Assembly (NCBI GenBank): GCA_951406725.2
Contig: OX597834.1
Span: forward strand, 30,690,001 to 30,754,000
Origin: Octopus vulgaris
Taxonomy: Eukaryota
Length of the DNA: 64,000 nt
Direction: 5' to 3'
Shown: one piece after another, positions 40,594-55,038 of the stretch
How the letters are laid out: every line of letters begins with the position of its first letter
Position numbering within the stretch: the first letter of the stretch is position 1
Translations under genes and position numbers: made by a program
The notes under the pieces: generated by a model
Database searches by the model: none
Told to the model about the DNA's origin: nothing
What the model saw: the letters and a program-made list of their open reading frames with translations, nothing else

Positions 40594-40853
40594 TTGTTTG
40601 TATCAAAATCTGGAGTAACATTTGACGAAAGATACTCCTGGAACGATGCCCTGGATGGTTTCTCTTCGTCACGGCATCGTCGTTTCTTCAACGACTTGGG
40701 TAGGGTGGAGGTCTGCTGTTTGTTTGAGATCTTGCGTCGGTTGGGGATGTGTCCAAACGGGTTGGTGTGGTGAGGACGCTTCTTAAGTAAAAGCACGACT
40801 TCTTTCGGTTTCTCTTTCACATTTGAAACGAGTTTCCTTAATTGCCAGCCAAC
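40594..40853 (-). CDS. CNKSR2: CNK/CNKSR exon (end of PDZ + linker), VGWQLRKLVSNVKEKPKEVVLLLKKRPHHTNPFG...PDFDTN
   Basis: Acceptor tcttcag, donor gtaagt; 260 nt, ends in phase 2. VGWQL...LKKRP is the CNK PDZ terminus. Confidence 0.93.
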
Positions 40854-42063
40854 CTGAAGAGAGACACAGAAACACAGGGAGGGGACAGTTAAGATTTCTG
40901 ACATAAGATGTAGTGGTGTTCATTCATAGCTTCATCATACTCTCTTACAGACATCAATTAAACACTAGCCAAAGAGAATCAGGAACCCACTTTTCTATGC
41001 TTGCATGGGTCAGATGGAATTCGTTGAGACAGATTTTCTACAGCTCGATGCTCTTCCTGTTGCCAAACCTCACCTGTTTTCTATCAAGGAAACGTTGTCC
41101 CATGACCAGACATGTTTCTGTGGAAGTTTGGAAATGAGTGGCATTCGCTTACAACAATCACACGATGCCAAGACAAAGAGGCACACACACACACGCACAC
41201 ACACACACACACACACACGCGCACTCACTCACACACACACGCACTCACACACGCACGCACACACTCACACACACACACACATTGGCTGTAAAGTGCTTGG
41301 CATTAACAAGGGCATCCCACTATAGAAACCTCAAAAACAGACAGCCAAGGTTGATGCTGTCCTCTGGCTTGCGAGCTCCATGTCAAGCCGTCCAACACAT
41401 GCCAGCATGGAAAACAGATGTTAAATGATGATGATGATAAGTGGTACACCGACCCCAGTACTTGACTGGTATTTTATTCCATCGACCCTGAAAGGGCAAA
41501 AGGTAAAGTCCACCTCAGCAAAATTCAAACAGATACTATAAAGAGCAGAAAGAAATGCTAAGACTTTTGACCCATTTGCTAATGGTTAAAAAAATGTAGG
41601 ACACATTGGATAATGTAGTCCTAGAATACATTCAGTTTGAATAAATGATTGCATTATGGCTTTTGGAACACATTTCAAGGTAGATCTACTGGGTTACGGT
41701 TGACCTGGGGCTAAAAAAAACCAAAAGCCATTCTTCATTTAATATTACACTTCTGAAGATAACTAAGGGAGATAACTCTTGAGACCTTGCAAACAGAATC
41801 ATTCTAAATTACGCTTTAAAAAACATAAGCAACGGGTATATTGTGCAAAAGGCTTCGTTGCAGCTCAATGCAGTGTTGTCAAGTAATAATACACTTATAT
41901 TAAAGAGTATGAAGTAAATAAATTAAAGAACAAAAACTAATGAAACTACCCGGCGTAGATGTATACGCATGTCGTAGTGGGAAGTGTAACCTGACGTTTA
42001 GTGGTTGTGCAATTGTCACCTCATTGTGTAATAAGCTTAAACCAAACTTTCAAACAACACTGT

Positions 42064-42449
42064 GGATGGAAGCACTCCGTCGGTTACGACGATGAGGGTT
42101 CCGGTTGATCCGAATCAACAGAACAGCCTGCTCGTGAAATTAACGTGTAAGTGGCTGAGCACTCCACAGACACGTGCACCCTTAACGTAGTTCTCGGGGA
42201 TATTCAGCGTGACACAGAGAGTGACAAGGCCGGCCCCTTGAAATACAGGTACAACAGAAACAGGAAGTAAGAGTGAGAGAAAGTTGTGGTGAAAGAGTAC
42301 AGCAGGGATGACCACCATCCCCTGCTGGAGCCTCGTGGAGCTTTTAGGTGTTTTCGCTCAATAAACACTCACAACGCCCGGTCGGGGAATCAAAACCGCG
42401 ATCTTATGACCGCGAGTCCGCTGCTCTAACCACTGGGCCATTGCGCCTC
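42064..42449 (-). mobile_element. tRNA-derived SINE family C with a 13-bp TSD
   Basis: Minus-strand head gaggcgcaatggcccagtggttag...ggttttgattccc; TSD caaacaacactgt at 42051-42063 and 42450-42462. A related 3' half occurs at 56377-56560. Confidence 0.85.
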
Positions 42450-43485
42450 CAAACAACACTGTATGAGGCTTTTATAAACGAAAGACCACTAGTTTCCTTC
42501 GACATGTTTCTCTTCTCTTCCGCCCACCCTCCCTCTTTTTCTTCTTTTTTCTGATACCAGGAAAATACAATAGTGGGACTGAAAAAAGTTAAACATCAAG
42601 CTCTCTCGTCTCATCATGTACCAAAGACTGTCGCAAAGCTTAAATTTTGATATTTATATTGAAGATAATGCATCAAGCTGGCATAATCGGTAGAGCATCG
42701 GGCAAAAACGCTTCACAGTATTCTGTTCATCTTTACGGTCTGAGTTCAAATTCCACCGACCTCAACTTTGTCTCACAACATTTTGGGGTCAATAAAATAA
42801 GTACCAGTTGATTTCTGGGGTCAATGTAATCAACTTAACCCCTACCCTCATCTTGCTGGCTTTGTGCCAAAATTTGTAACCAATATTTATTTTGAGGTTT
42901 CTGAAAATTCAACAGTCATCTAAGAAATATATATTTCTTTATTGCCCACAAGGGGCTAAAAATAGAGGGGACAAACAAGGACAGGCAAACGGATTAAGTC
43001 GATTACATCGACCCCAGTGCGAAACTGGTACTTTATTTATCAACCCCGAAAGGATGAAAGGCAAAGTCGACCTCGGCGGAATTTGAACTCAGAACGTAAT
43101 GGCAGACGTTCTAGGCATGGCTATGGGTGCAGTAATGGCATGGTTTCTACAGCTGGATGCCCTTCCTAATGCCAATCACTCTATAGAATGTTCTGGGTGC
43201 TTTTCATGTGGCACCAGCTCCAGTGAGGTCACCAAGAATGTTAGAAGACAAAACCACTAAAATGGGGTTGGGGAAATACTACTGAGAGAAAGGGATTTAT
43301 GCCAGGTGATAAGATGTTAAACTTTCATAAAGGGACAGTAACAGGTTTTTTACTACAGAGAAGATACATGGCTACCTCTGTTGGGAAAGAAACATCTATA
43401 CATTAATTATAATTAATTAACATTAATTATAATTATTACATTAAGTAAAATTAGTTAACATATTAATTATAATTAACAAACTCAC

Positions 43486-43554
43486 CACTGTCTGATTGTT
43501 CACTTGAATCACTTCATCTCCTTTCATAATTTTGCCACTAAGTTTGGCAGGTGA
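43486..43554 (-). CDS. CNKSR2: CNK/CNKSR PDZ exon, SPAKLSGKIMKGDEVIQVNNQTV
   Basis: Acceptor atttcag, donor gtgagt; 69 nt, phase 0-0. Carries the canonical PDZ SPA...GDEVIQVN motif. Confidence 0.93.
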
Positions 43555-44109
43555 CTGAAATGTAGAAGAAGATGGTCTTAGAAAGGAATTACATGTTTAG
43601 AGGTGAGATACATGTATGGCTGTGTGTGTGTGTGGGGGGGGAGTCCAGGGTTTCTACAGTTCAAGTTTATAGCCACATGTGTACTAGTTTGCATTGCTGC
43701 ATACAGAGGCATGTGTGTGTATATGCTGGTATATATGGACCCGTGTGTCTATGTATGTACGTGTACATACAGTCTCTTTTCTGTAAGTATACTGCATTGC
43801 AGTATGTACTAGTTTATGGATTTATATACGGAGAGAGAGAGGGGGAGAGGGGAAAGAGATGGGAGTGTGAGTTTATGAGTATGGCAGTTAGTATTTGATT
43901 TTATTGTAAAAGTATACTGTTTGTGTCACAGTATGAACTAAATTTTGTTGGTATAACACACACATACACACACAATGTAAATTTTATCTATTTTGTAATT
44001 ATAGAAATATATCTCTGCTTATACTTGAGTGTTCATATGAATATTTTCAGTTTTGTTTTAAGAGAGGCCAATTTTAAGGCCTATATTAAAAATGAAAAAG
44101 CCCATGATT

Positions 44110-44670
44110 AAGACAATTTTTCTTCGTTAACATAATTTCCATTGTTTTCTAGAACTTCATTCCATCTGTCAAGTTTATAAATGCCACGTTTGTAAAATTT
44201 TTTATGTTTTGATGCGAAGTATGAATCCAACTTATCTTCAACCTCCTCTCTTGATGTCAACCAAAGACAATTCAAATGGTTCTGTAACCCCTGAAACAAG
44301 TGATAATCAGAAGGAGCAAGGTCTGGAGAAATAGGAGGATGAAGCAATATTTCCCAAACAAGTTCTTCCAAGAGAGTTTTGGTCAGTCGAGCTGTGTGAG
44401 GATGAGCATTATCATGATGGAAGATGAGGGTCACTTTCTGTTGACTAAGCAGGGTTGCTTTCTGTTCAAAGCAGCTTTCAAATGATGGAACAATTCCCTC
44501 AATATTCCACCATACACTCAACATGATCTTCCTTGGATGAAGTCCTCCTCTTGGTTGTTGAACAGGTCTTCCTTCTCGACTGATCCACGATTTGCGGCAT
44601 TTAATGTTGTGGTAAAGTATCCACTTCTCATTACCTATAACAAGCCTTCCTAAAAACGGTTCCTTGAGGT
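44110..44670 (-). mobile_element. Mariner (Mos1-like) transposase remnant
   Basis: IGNEKWILY...LHPRKIMLSVWWN...FHHDNAHPH...HPPISPDLAPSDYHLF; internally deleted. Confidence 0.88.
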
Positions 44671-45114
44671 CTCCTGCACCTAATGAATAGTTTAGTCAAG
44701 GCATAAAAAATATCTGAACAAACACACACACACACACGAATAAAAAGTGGGCAATGGCAAAACTTGTCTTCGAATCAGCCAGTGAAAAGCTTTATTAAAG
44801 ACAAGTAAAGCTCAAGTGTTATTGCAGCTCACCGATGTGGATTTATGCAAGGGAGACAATCGTGTCAGAACAACTGGATATTTAGAATGTGGCATTTGAC
44901 GGGTCGAGCGAATATTCAGAGAGTAGGTTTTAACTAATATAATTGTTCCAGTGGTAGTAGTAGTAATAGTATTGGTGACAGTGTGGTGTTGAGGTGGCAG
45001 TGTTGGTAGTAGTAGGGTAGTGGTTGTAGTGTTATTGGTGCTGCAGTGGTAGTGTTGGCGACGTTGTGCTTGCGATGCCCGTGGTGTAGTGGCTGCAGTG
45101 TTGGTGGTGTTGCA

Positions 45115-46890
45115 GTGACAGTGTTGATGGTATAGTACCAATGCTGTTGTGGTGAGTGTTGATGGTATAGTACCAGTGCTGTTGTGGTGACAGTGTTGAT
45201 GGTATAGTACCAGTGCTGTTGTGGTGACAGTGTTGATGGTATAGTACCAGTACTGTTGTGGTGACAGTGTTGATGGTATAGTACCAGTGCTGTTGTGGTG
45301 ACAGTGTTGATGGTATAGTACCAGTGCTGTTGTGGTGACAGTGTTGATGGTGTAGTACCAGTGCTGTTGTGGTGACAGTGTTGATGGTATAGTACCAGTA
45401 CTGTTGTGGTGACAGTGTTGATGGTATAGTACCAGTGCTGTTGTGGTGACAGTGTTGATGGTATAGTACCAGTGCTGTTGTGGTGACAGTGTTGATGGTA
45501 TAGTACCAGTGCTGTTGTGGTGACAGTGTTGATGGTATAGTACCAGTGCTGTTGTGGTGACAGTGTTGATGGTATAGTACCAGTGCTGTTGTGGTGACAG
45601 TGTTGATGGTATAGTACCAGTGCTGTTGTGGTGACAGTGTTGATGGTATAGTACCAGTGCTGTTGTGGTGACAGTGTTGATGGTATAGTACCAGTGCTGT
45701 TGTGGTGACAGTGTTGATGGTGTAGTACCAGTGCTGTTGTGGTGACAGTGTTGATGGTATAGTACCAGTAGTGTTGTGGTGACAGTGTTGATGGTATAGT
45801 ACCAGTGCTGTTGTGGTGACAGTGTTGATGGTATAGTACCAGTGCTGTTGTGGTGACAGTGTTGATGGTATAGTACCAGTGCTGTTGTGGTGACAGTGTT
45901 GATGGTATAGTACCAGTACTGTTGTGGTGACAGTGTTGATGGTATAGTACCAGTGCTGTTGTGGTGACAGTGTTGATGGTATAGTACCAGTGCTGTTGTG
46001 GTGACAGTGTTGATGGTGTAGTACCAGTGCTGTTGTGGTGACAGTGTCGATGGTATAGTACCAGTACTGTTGTGGTGACAGTGTCGATGGTATAGTACCA
46101 GTGCTGTTGTGGTGACAGTGTTGATGGTATAGTACCAGTGCTGTTGTGGTGACAGTGTTGATGGTATAGTACCAGTGCTGTTGTGGTGACAGTGTTGATG
46201 GTATAGTACCAGTGCTGTTGTGGTGACAGTGTTGATGGTATAGTACCAGTGCTGTTGTGGTGACAGTGTTGATGGTATAGTACCAGTGCTGTTGCGGTGA
46301 CAGTGTTGATGGTATAGTACCAGTGCTGTTGTGGTGACAGTGTTGATGGTATAGTACCAGTGCTGTTGCGGTGACAGTGTTGATGGTATAGTACCAGTGC
46401 TGTTGTGGTGAGTGTTGATGGTATAGTACCAGTGCTGTTGTGGTGACAGTGTTGATGGTATAGTACCAGTGCTGTTGTGGTGACAGTGTTGATGGTATAG
46501 TACCAGTGCTGTTGCGGTGACAGAGCTGATGGTATAGTACCAGTGCTGTTGCAGTGACAGTGTTGATGGTATAGTACCAGTGCTGTTGCGGTGACAGTGT
46601 TGATGGTATAGTACCAGTGCTGTTGTGGTGACAGTGATGATGGTATAGTACCAGTGTTGTTGTGGTGAGTGTTGATGGTATAGTACCAGTGCTGTTGTGG
46701 TGACAGTGTTGATGGTATAGTACCAGTGCTGTTGTGGTGACAGTGTTGATGGTATAGTACCAGTGCTGTTGTGGTGACAGTGTTGATGGTATAGTACCAG
46801 TGCTGTTGTGGTGACAGTGTTGATGGTATAGTATCAGTGCTGTTGCGGTGACAGTGTTGATGGTATAGTACCAGTGCTGTTGTGGTGACA
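45115..46890. repeat. 37-bp minisatellite, about 48 units (gtgacagtgttgatggtatagtaccagtgctgttgtg)
   Basis: 37-bp period measured directly; a few 35-bp variants. Copy number is length divided by period. Confidence 0.96.
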
Positions 46891-46992
46891 GTAGTAATCA
46901 AATTGTAGTGGTAGTGTTAACAGTTTTGCGACTGCAGTGTTGGCGATGGTGGCGGTGGTGTGTTGTTCTTAGAAATTCGATATGTGACTTAC

Positions 46993-47049
46993 CAGTTCCT
47001 TGATGTCCCCAATAACATGGATGCCATGATAAGACACAATGTGAAGGCC
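46993..47049 (-). CDS. CNKSR2: CNK/CNKSR PDZ exon, GLHIVSYHGIHVIGDIKEL
   Basis: Acceptor ctattttag, donor gtaagt; 57 nt, phase 0-0. Corresponds to [20 protein letters not shown]. Not in the ORF track. Confidence 0.88.
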
Positions 47050-47101
47050 CTAAAATAGGACAGAGACAATCAGTGATTAATTAAATGAATTAAACATGTC
47101 A

Positions 47102-47177
<76 letters not shown>

Positions 47178-48686
47178 GCAGTCGTTAATTTTGTAACAAT
47201 GCCAAAAATCACCAAAATTAGTAATGAGAAGAATATTCAAACATTCAAATAATTTGGGTCACAATACATTCTTGTTTCTGTCATAAGACAGTGGCCCTGC
47301 TGGGGCACCACCTTTACTGGCTTAGTCGAACAAATTGAACCCAGTACTTATTCTATCGGTCTCTTTTGGCCAAGCCACAAAGTTATAGGGATGTAAACAC
47401 ACACACACACACACATATGCATATGCATTAGGCTTCTTTCAGTTTCCATCTATAAAATCCATTGACAAGGCTTGGTTGGCCCTGAAGCTATAGTATAAGG
47501 TGCCATGCAGTGAGAGTGAACCCAGGACCAACTGATAGGAAACAAGCTTCTTAACTACATGGTTATGCTGAGATTTTGCAACTAAAGTGTTGTGTGGTAC
47601 CTTAGGCAAGTATCTGCTACTACAGCTCCAAGCCAACCAGTTCCATTGGTAAATGGAAACTGTATAGAAGCCCATTGTATATATTTATGTGTGTGTGTGT
47701 GTGTGTGTGCCTCCACCACCACCACCACCAACGTCCCAGTGCTTGACAACTGGTGTTTATGTCCTCATAACTTAGTGGTTTGGCAAAAGATACTGATAGA
47801 ATTTAAAACCTATGTATGCAGGTCAATATGTGAGAGGCATCCTGCAGTCATGACTGTGATAACATTGCTGTGGAGAATGGCCGACGACACTCACGGCAGC
47901 AATCACTCCACCTTCCAAAGCTCATTTCTCAGACCGGCCATCATTATCCTGATTTTTGTTCTGGAGTGTGTGGCCCCTGACCCCTTCTCCCCTCCACTTT
48001 CGATTGCTCAATGTCTATTTTCCATGCTGGCACGGGTTGGAAACTTTGACAGGAGCTGCAAGCCAGAGAGCTGCACCAAGGTCCAATTGTCTGTTTTGAC
48101 ATAGTTTCTATGGCTGGATGCCCTTCCTAAAGCCAAACACATTACTGAGTGGACTGGGTGCTTTTTACATGGCACCAACATGGGTGCTTTGTACGTGGCA
48201 CCAGTACAGGCACACTCAATGCATTTTGGCTTTGTAGGGCCTTGATTATGTGCACTCACAACAAAAAGCCTAGACGAGATTTGTTGCCTCCAATGTAACA
48301 CCTCTTAAAGATGTGCTGCATTTAAAAACACAATTTATATTGGAGTGACCCCGCTGGTGCTGGTGTCGCAAGAAAAAGCACCCAGAGCACTGGGTTGGCA
48401 TTAGTGGTTAGCATTAAGAAGGGCATCCAACTGTAGAAACTATGCCAAAGGAGACACGAGGGCTTGATATAGCTCTTTGCCTTGCTAGTTCTTGTCAAAT
48501 TGTCTAACCCATGCCAGCATGGAAAATAGATGTGGAAAGATGATGAGAAGACAAAAAAATCATCCCAGCAATGGCTAGTAAGAATGCCAGATGCATTTTG
48601 GACCCACTGGACCTTGTCACTGACCTGTACTCACAGCCCATTGCCTAGACAACATTTGCTAAAAGCATGGATTAGTGGACCTTTAA

Positions 48687-49212
48687 CCCTTTCGCATTCA
48701 GATTACTCTGTCAAATCTAATCCTTACTCATTCACATTGTTTCAAATTAATCCTGGGTTATCTCATATGCATTATCTAATAACTTCAAGATATTTTTCAG
48801 AATGGCATTGTAGGATAGGTGTGAGAGGCCAGATCTGGCCAGTTTAAACATAAAACAGGTAAAATGTGGAGGTGCATGGCTTAATGGTTAGGGTGTCAGC
48901 ATCATGATCGTAAGATTGCGGTTTCGATTCCTGGACCGGGCGACACGTTGTGTTCTTGAGCAAAACACTTCATTTCACGTTGCACCAGTCCACTCAGCTG
49001 GCAAAAATGAGTAACGCTGCGATGGACTGGCGTCCCGTCCAGCTGGGGAACACATATGACATTGAAACCAGGAAATCAGACCCATTGAGCCTGGCTAGGC
49101 TTTAAAAGGGCGCATTTATTTTGTTGTGGTGCACCTGAGCACTGTATCCAATAATTTCATTATTATTATTATTATATTTTGGCTGGATATGGCCAGATTA
49201 AACGCTAAAGGG
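48687..49212. mobile_element. piggyBac-like MITE with a nested tRNA-SINE (about 48868-49175)
   Basis: TTAA flanks; ends ccctttcgcatt / aacgctaaaggg. Same family as 63320-63540, opposite orientation. Confidence 0.75.
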
Positions 49213-49281
49213 TTAAAATGATAATGAAATTGAAAAAAAATTTTTTAGTCAAAATAAAGAGACAAGGTTTGATGCACTTAC

Positions 49282-49401
49282 CAATGTTTTTTCATCTGGT
49301 TTCTTCGTAATGGTAGCAAGTTCCAAGGAAGCTGGTTGGAATTCTAAAGGATCTTTTGACTTAGTCACAATTTCATCACAAATAGTTGCTAGAGATGCAC
49401 A
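49282..49401 (-). CDS. CNKSR2: CNK/CNKSR exon (end of CRIC / start of PDZ), CASLATICDEIVTKSKDPLEFQPASLELATITKKPDEKTL
   Basis: Acceptor gtttcag, donor gtaagt; 120 nt, phase 0-0. Resembles [28 protein letters not shown] of CNKSR2. Not in the ORF track. Confidence 0.92.
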
Positions 49402-49785
49402 CTGAAACAACAATATTGGTCAATAAGTGATCAATAACCAATAATCAATTGAAAGAGATTCTCAGTTGCTTTCAAACAAATTTTCATTGGTTCTTTTAAC
49501 GTCTCTTGTTTCAATCATTGGACTATGCCCATTCTGGAGCATTGCCTTGAAGAGTTTCTGTTGAATACATTAACTAGAGTTTTAATTTTTTTTAAAGATG
49601 GTATCTTTTGCTGAACTTAAGTTCTAGGGACGTAAACAAACCAACACCATTTGTTAAGCAGTGGTGAGAGAAAAACACAAGTATATAAATAAACACATAT
49701 ATAAATATGTTTTACAATGGGCTTCCACAGTTTCCATCCACCAAATTCATTCACAAGGCACTGATTGCCCAGGAAAGTGAGAACG

Positions 49786-49823
49786 TCTTTTATGTTTCGA
49801 GCCTATGCTCTTCAACAGAAAAG
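49786..49823 (-). ncRNA. Hammerhead-like variant motif (core CUGUUGA)
   Basis: Minus strand reads ctttt-CTGTTGA-A-gagc(atag)gctc-GAAAC-ATA-aaaga. Perfect 4-bp stem II, but the core is non-canonical. Confidence 0.4.
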
Positions 49824-49869
49824 AATAAAAGAAAATAAAGACAGAATAAAAAAAAATGTGGATATAATG

Positions 49870-51180
<1,311 letters not shown>

Positions 51181-51278
51181 ACACACACACACATACACAC
51201 AAACACACACACACACACACACACAAGGCATGTATGTTTAATTTTGCTTATATACCTTGAACTACTTTTAATTCATAT

Positions 51279-51322
<44 letters not shown>

Positions 51323-52199
51323 GGCTCACCTGTTAGCTTTGACATGAGAAGATTTAACAGCCAAAAGGCTACCTGTTAGACCACCAATGCAGACGGGGTT
51401 TTTTCTCGATAGTGAAGACTTGTTTAGATGCAACAACACCTTTTGGCTGACAACAGAAATTTGGTGTAAATATTTGCCACATACTTAATTAGAATTTTCC
51501 ATCTTTTGGGTTTGATGACTTCACACTGGAATAGAGTAAAATCTACCCTGGTAGGCTAAATGTGCACCTGGATACCAAACCAGATGTTTTCATGTGTGTG
51601 TGTGTGTGTGTGCACGTACACACACACACACACACACACACATTATATATATCACACAATAGGATGGTTGCTGATTCCCTCAAGGTCATCCACACTTTGG
51701 TGGGTCTTGCTTTCCATCCTACAGGGTGTCGAAAAGCCAACTGACTCCACAAGCTTGGTTGTGTTTCTGACTTAGTCACCAACAGCTTGACACTACAACA
51801 GGTTGTTACTGGTTCACATGTTACCAGTAGCACACAAGAGCTTCCTGACACACACACATATATATATAGTATGGTGAACAAATTGAGATAGGGGTTGTAA
51901 ATGCAACCCTCCATGGGATAACATATATCCAATATACTGCTAGTGAAGTACCCAACAAAGTTAATACATAAATGTTAAGAATTGCGATGCAATTAATTCA
52001 TTTACTGTATTATATGGGCAAAGGTAAAATGTTTTACCACAAATTAATAATACAAAATAAGAAAATGGAGAAATACATCTAAATCAATTATCAACTACCA
52101 TAGTATGGTGAATATATTGTCACTTAAATTATGCAAAAATGAAAATAACACTGACATCTTATTTTAACATATACATTCACCAAAATTATGTAAGATATC

Positions 52200-52845
52200 T
52201 TGAAAAACTGAAGAGTAAATTTATTCAATAAAATTGCCATTGGCTTCAACAATGGCTTCCAGACAAATTCTGTATCTCCTGCAACTCTTCTGGACAGCCT
52301 CCTTGTATAACTTAGTGAATGCTGCCATAATCCTTACCTTCAGTTCATCTTTGGTGTTACAAGGAGTTTTGTTGGTCTCTTGGGTCAACAGTGTATGCAA
52401 TGGAAAGCCTTTCAACAAGATTCTGCACCATCATTCAAGGCTCAAATGACACAAGAAAGGATGGCTGACAATTTGCATGATCACACATCACCCCCAACAT
52501 TTGGCCTCCTAATTTTCCAGATCTCAATTTACTGGACTATTATGTATGACACATCATTGAGAAAAATGTCAATGAACACATCTGTAGCACCAAAATTTTT
52601 TGAAAGCCGCCATTGTTCGAATCATGTCTGATGTGAAGAAGGACCACTTAATCTGAGCTTGTAAACAATTTTGACCCCGCAAAGAGGTAGTTATTGATGC
52701 TTATGATGGTTTTATTAGATGAAATTATTAAATTGGTTATTTAGTTTCATGCTTATGTTATTTTTATAAAAATACAATTTTTTTTCTGTTATTATGTTTT
52801 TTTTAATCATAAATCTGTCCTCAAATACCATCCACATCCAGTGTA
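52200..52845. mobile_element. Tc1-like transposase remnants in opposite orientations
   Basis: Plus: FQQDSAPSFKAQMTQ...FWPPNFPDLNLLDY. Minus: NTKDELKVRIMAAF...CLEAIVEANGNFIE. Confidence 0.75.
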
Positions 52846-53010
52846 TATATATTTATATCATCATCATCATTTAACGTCCGCTTTCTATGCTGGCATAGGT
52901 TGGACAATTTTGACTGAGGGCTGAAAAAAAATCGTCCAACCCATGCCAGCATGGAAAACAAACGTTAAACGATGATGATGATGATATATATATATATACA
53001 CTGGATGTGG

Positions 53011-53012
<2 letters not shown>
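52830..53012. repeat. Fold-back spanning a Tc1 end and an RTE-type tail
   Basis: atccacatccagtgtata..atcatcatcat..ggttggac is mirrored by gtccaacc..atgatgatgat..tatacactggatgtggat. Confidence 0.8.
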
Positions 53013-53044
<32 letters not shown>

Positions 53045-53220
53045 CAGTTAATGAAGTCTCTTCAATACAGACTGCTAAACCGGTGGGTTATTACAAATTG
53101 TTAGAAACTCTTGAAAGTGGTATGCCGCCATGGCCCTAGACTGATGAATAAAAGCCCATAAAAACCTGTATGGGAATAAAAGCATAACCCAGACATGTAT
53201 GCATATAGATATATACTCAC

Positions 53221-53353
53221 AGATTTCAACATGGTATTTTCATAATCTTGAAGTTTATTCTTACAGGGAAGGGAGATGTCCAATAACTGAAGTCCTAACT
53301 TCACAATTGACTTGCGAAATATCTGTAGGTCACACATCCCTTCAAATGGAGAC
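53221..53353 (-). CDS. CNKSR2: CNK/CNKSR exon (CRIC domain), SPFEGMCDLQIFRKSIVKLGLQLLDISLPCKNKLQDYENTMLKS
   Basis: Acceptor ttttcag, donor gtgagt; 133 nt. Completes the CG|G Arg codon to give the WLDRSPF motif typical of CNK CRIC domains. Confidence 0.92.
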
Positions 53354-53663
53354 CTGAAAAGATTAAGGACAAAAAGTGAAGAACTGAATAAACAGGAACA
53401 AACTAGGCGGTGGGCTAAATTTGTAATTAAAATGTATGCAGTGGTAGTGCAGGGCTACTAAGTACATAATTGTTCGACCAATTAAGCTGTTTTTGTTCTT
53501 GCTTGGTACCAGGTTAAACCCAATTCAGTAGATCTGTGATCAAAGATGTTCCAGTTTTGACCATCCCATTTAAGAATCTAAAATAAGTCAATTCAGGGAA
53601 TTTAGTTGATTAGACAACTGAATCCTTGTCAGCAAACAATTGAGATCTATGACCACCACTACC

Positions 53664-54078
53664 TATTTCTTTATTACCCACAAGGGGCTAAACACAGAGG
53701 GGACAAACAAGGACAGACATAGGTATTAAGTCGATTACATTGATCCCAGTGCGTAACTGGTACTTAATTTATCGACCCCGAAAGGATGAAAGGCAAAGTC
53801 GACCTCGGCGGAATTTGAACTCACAACCTTACGGCAGACGAAATACCTATTTCTTTATTACCCACAAGGGGCTAAACATAGAGGGGACAAACAAGGACAG
53901 ACATAGGTATTAAATCAATTACATTGACCCCAGTGCGTAACTGGTACTTAATTTATCGACCCCGAAAGGACAAAAGGCAAAGTCAACCTCGGCGGAATTT
54001 AAACTCACAACGTTACGGCAGACGAAATACCGTTAAGCATTTCGCCCGGTGTGCTAACGTTTCTGCCAGCTCGCCGCC
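53664..54078 (-). mobile_element. Tandem dimer of SINE family B
   Basis: An about 184-bp block is duplicated head-to-tail at the tacctatttc/aaatacc junction. Confidence 0.85.
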
Positions 54079-54540
54079 TATGACCACCACTACCAACACC
54101 ACCACCAATACTACTACCAGTACAACTGCTGCCGCCACCACCACAACCACTAGTGTTTCTGACACTCGTGTTAAAACCATTGAAAGTATTATTAACATTC
54201 TACAAGTAATTCTACCACTTGTTGAGGTCAAAGGAAATTCTATCATTCAATAACTGTATTCACATTCTGAAACTGCTAAATTGGTTCTCAAATAACCTCT
54301 GGCTTTTGTTCTAAGGTCAACAGCATGATTTGAAAACAGAAAACATATATAAGCTGACACAAGTGTTGGCGTGGTTGTGTAGTAAAAAAGCTCATTTTGC
54401 AACTGTATGGTTATAAGTTCAGTCCCACTGTACCGCACCTTGTTCAAATGTCTTCTTTTATAACCCCTGGGCTGACCAAAGGCTTGCCAGTGGATTTGGT
54501 GAAGGGAAACTCTGTGGAAAAACCATCATGTGTATGTGTG

Positions 54541-54861
54541 TGTTATGGTGAGAATGGACTAGCCAATACTCGTATAAGTAGCAACATGCTTGACAGAGAG
54601 ATGAAAAATCACAGGAAGTCGAAAGATGTCGTTCGTGAATTCGTGGAGTTGCAGGAAATTGTTGAGAAGTTGTGATAGTTTTTTTGAGAGTTGTTTTGGG
54701 TTTGTTACGTTTGTTGGCAGAGTATTTGGGAATACATCAAGTGGAGACAGTTAGCGTCTATCCCATTCAGCGGTATTGTATATCACACAGTGATTAGTGC
54801 ACAACACTAAAGTAATTCACAAGAACCACGTCATAAAAGTGGCAACAAGTACATCACAACA
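54541..54861. mobile_element. Possible solo LTR
   Basis: Begins tgttatggtg and ends catcacaaca (TGT...ACA short inverted ends); about 320 bp, CpG-containing. No TSD seen. Confidence 0.35.
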
Positions 54862-54918
54862 ATATATATATACATTATTTACATTTGACGGATATTTGTC
54901 CTCATCTTGTTTGTTGTT

Positions 54919-54964
54919 AACACAACATTTCAGCTGATATATCCTCCAGCCTTCATCAGGTGTC
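54919..54964 (-). ncRNA. Degenerate minimal hammerhead ribozyme motif
   Basis: Minus strand reads gacac-CTGATGA-A-ggctg(gaggatatat)cagct-GAAA-t-GTT-gtgtt. Stem I gacac/gtgtt; two positions look like CpG decay from cagccGAAACGTT. Confidence 0.55.
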
Positions 54965-55038
54965 TTGGGGAAATTTCAAACCTGGGTTCTCATTCCTATG
55001 GTATTTTTCAATGTTATTATTATTATTATTATTCAGGT

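Noticed and set aside
44934-46901. 655-aa Thr/His-rich ORF
   Set aside because: Translation of the 37-bp minisatellite, whose period is not a multiple of 3; no splice or start context.
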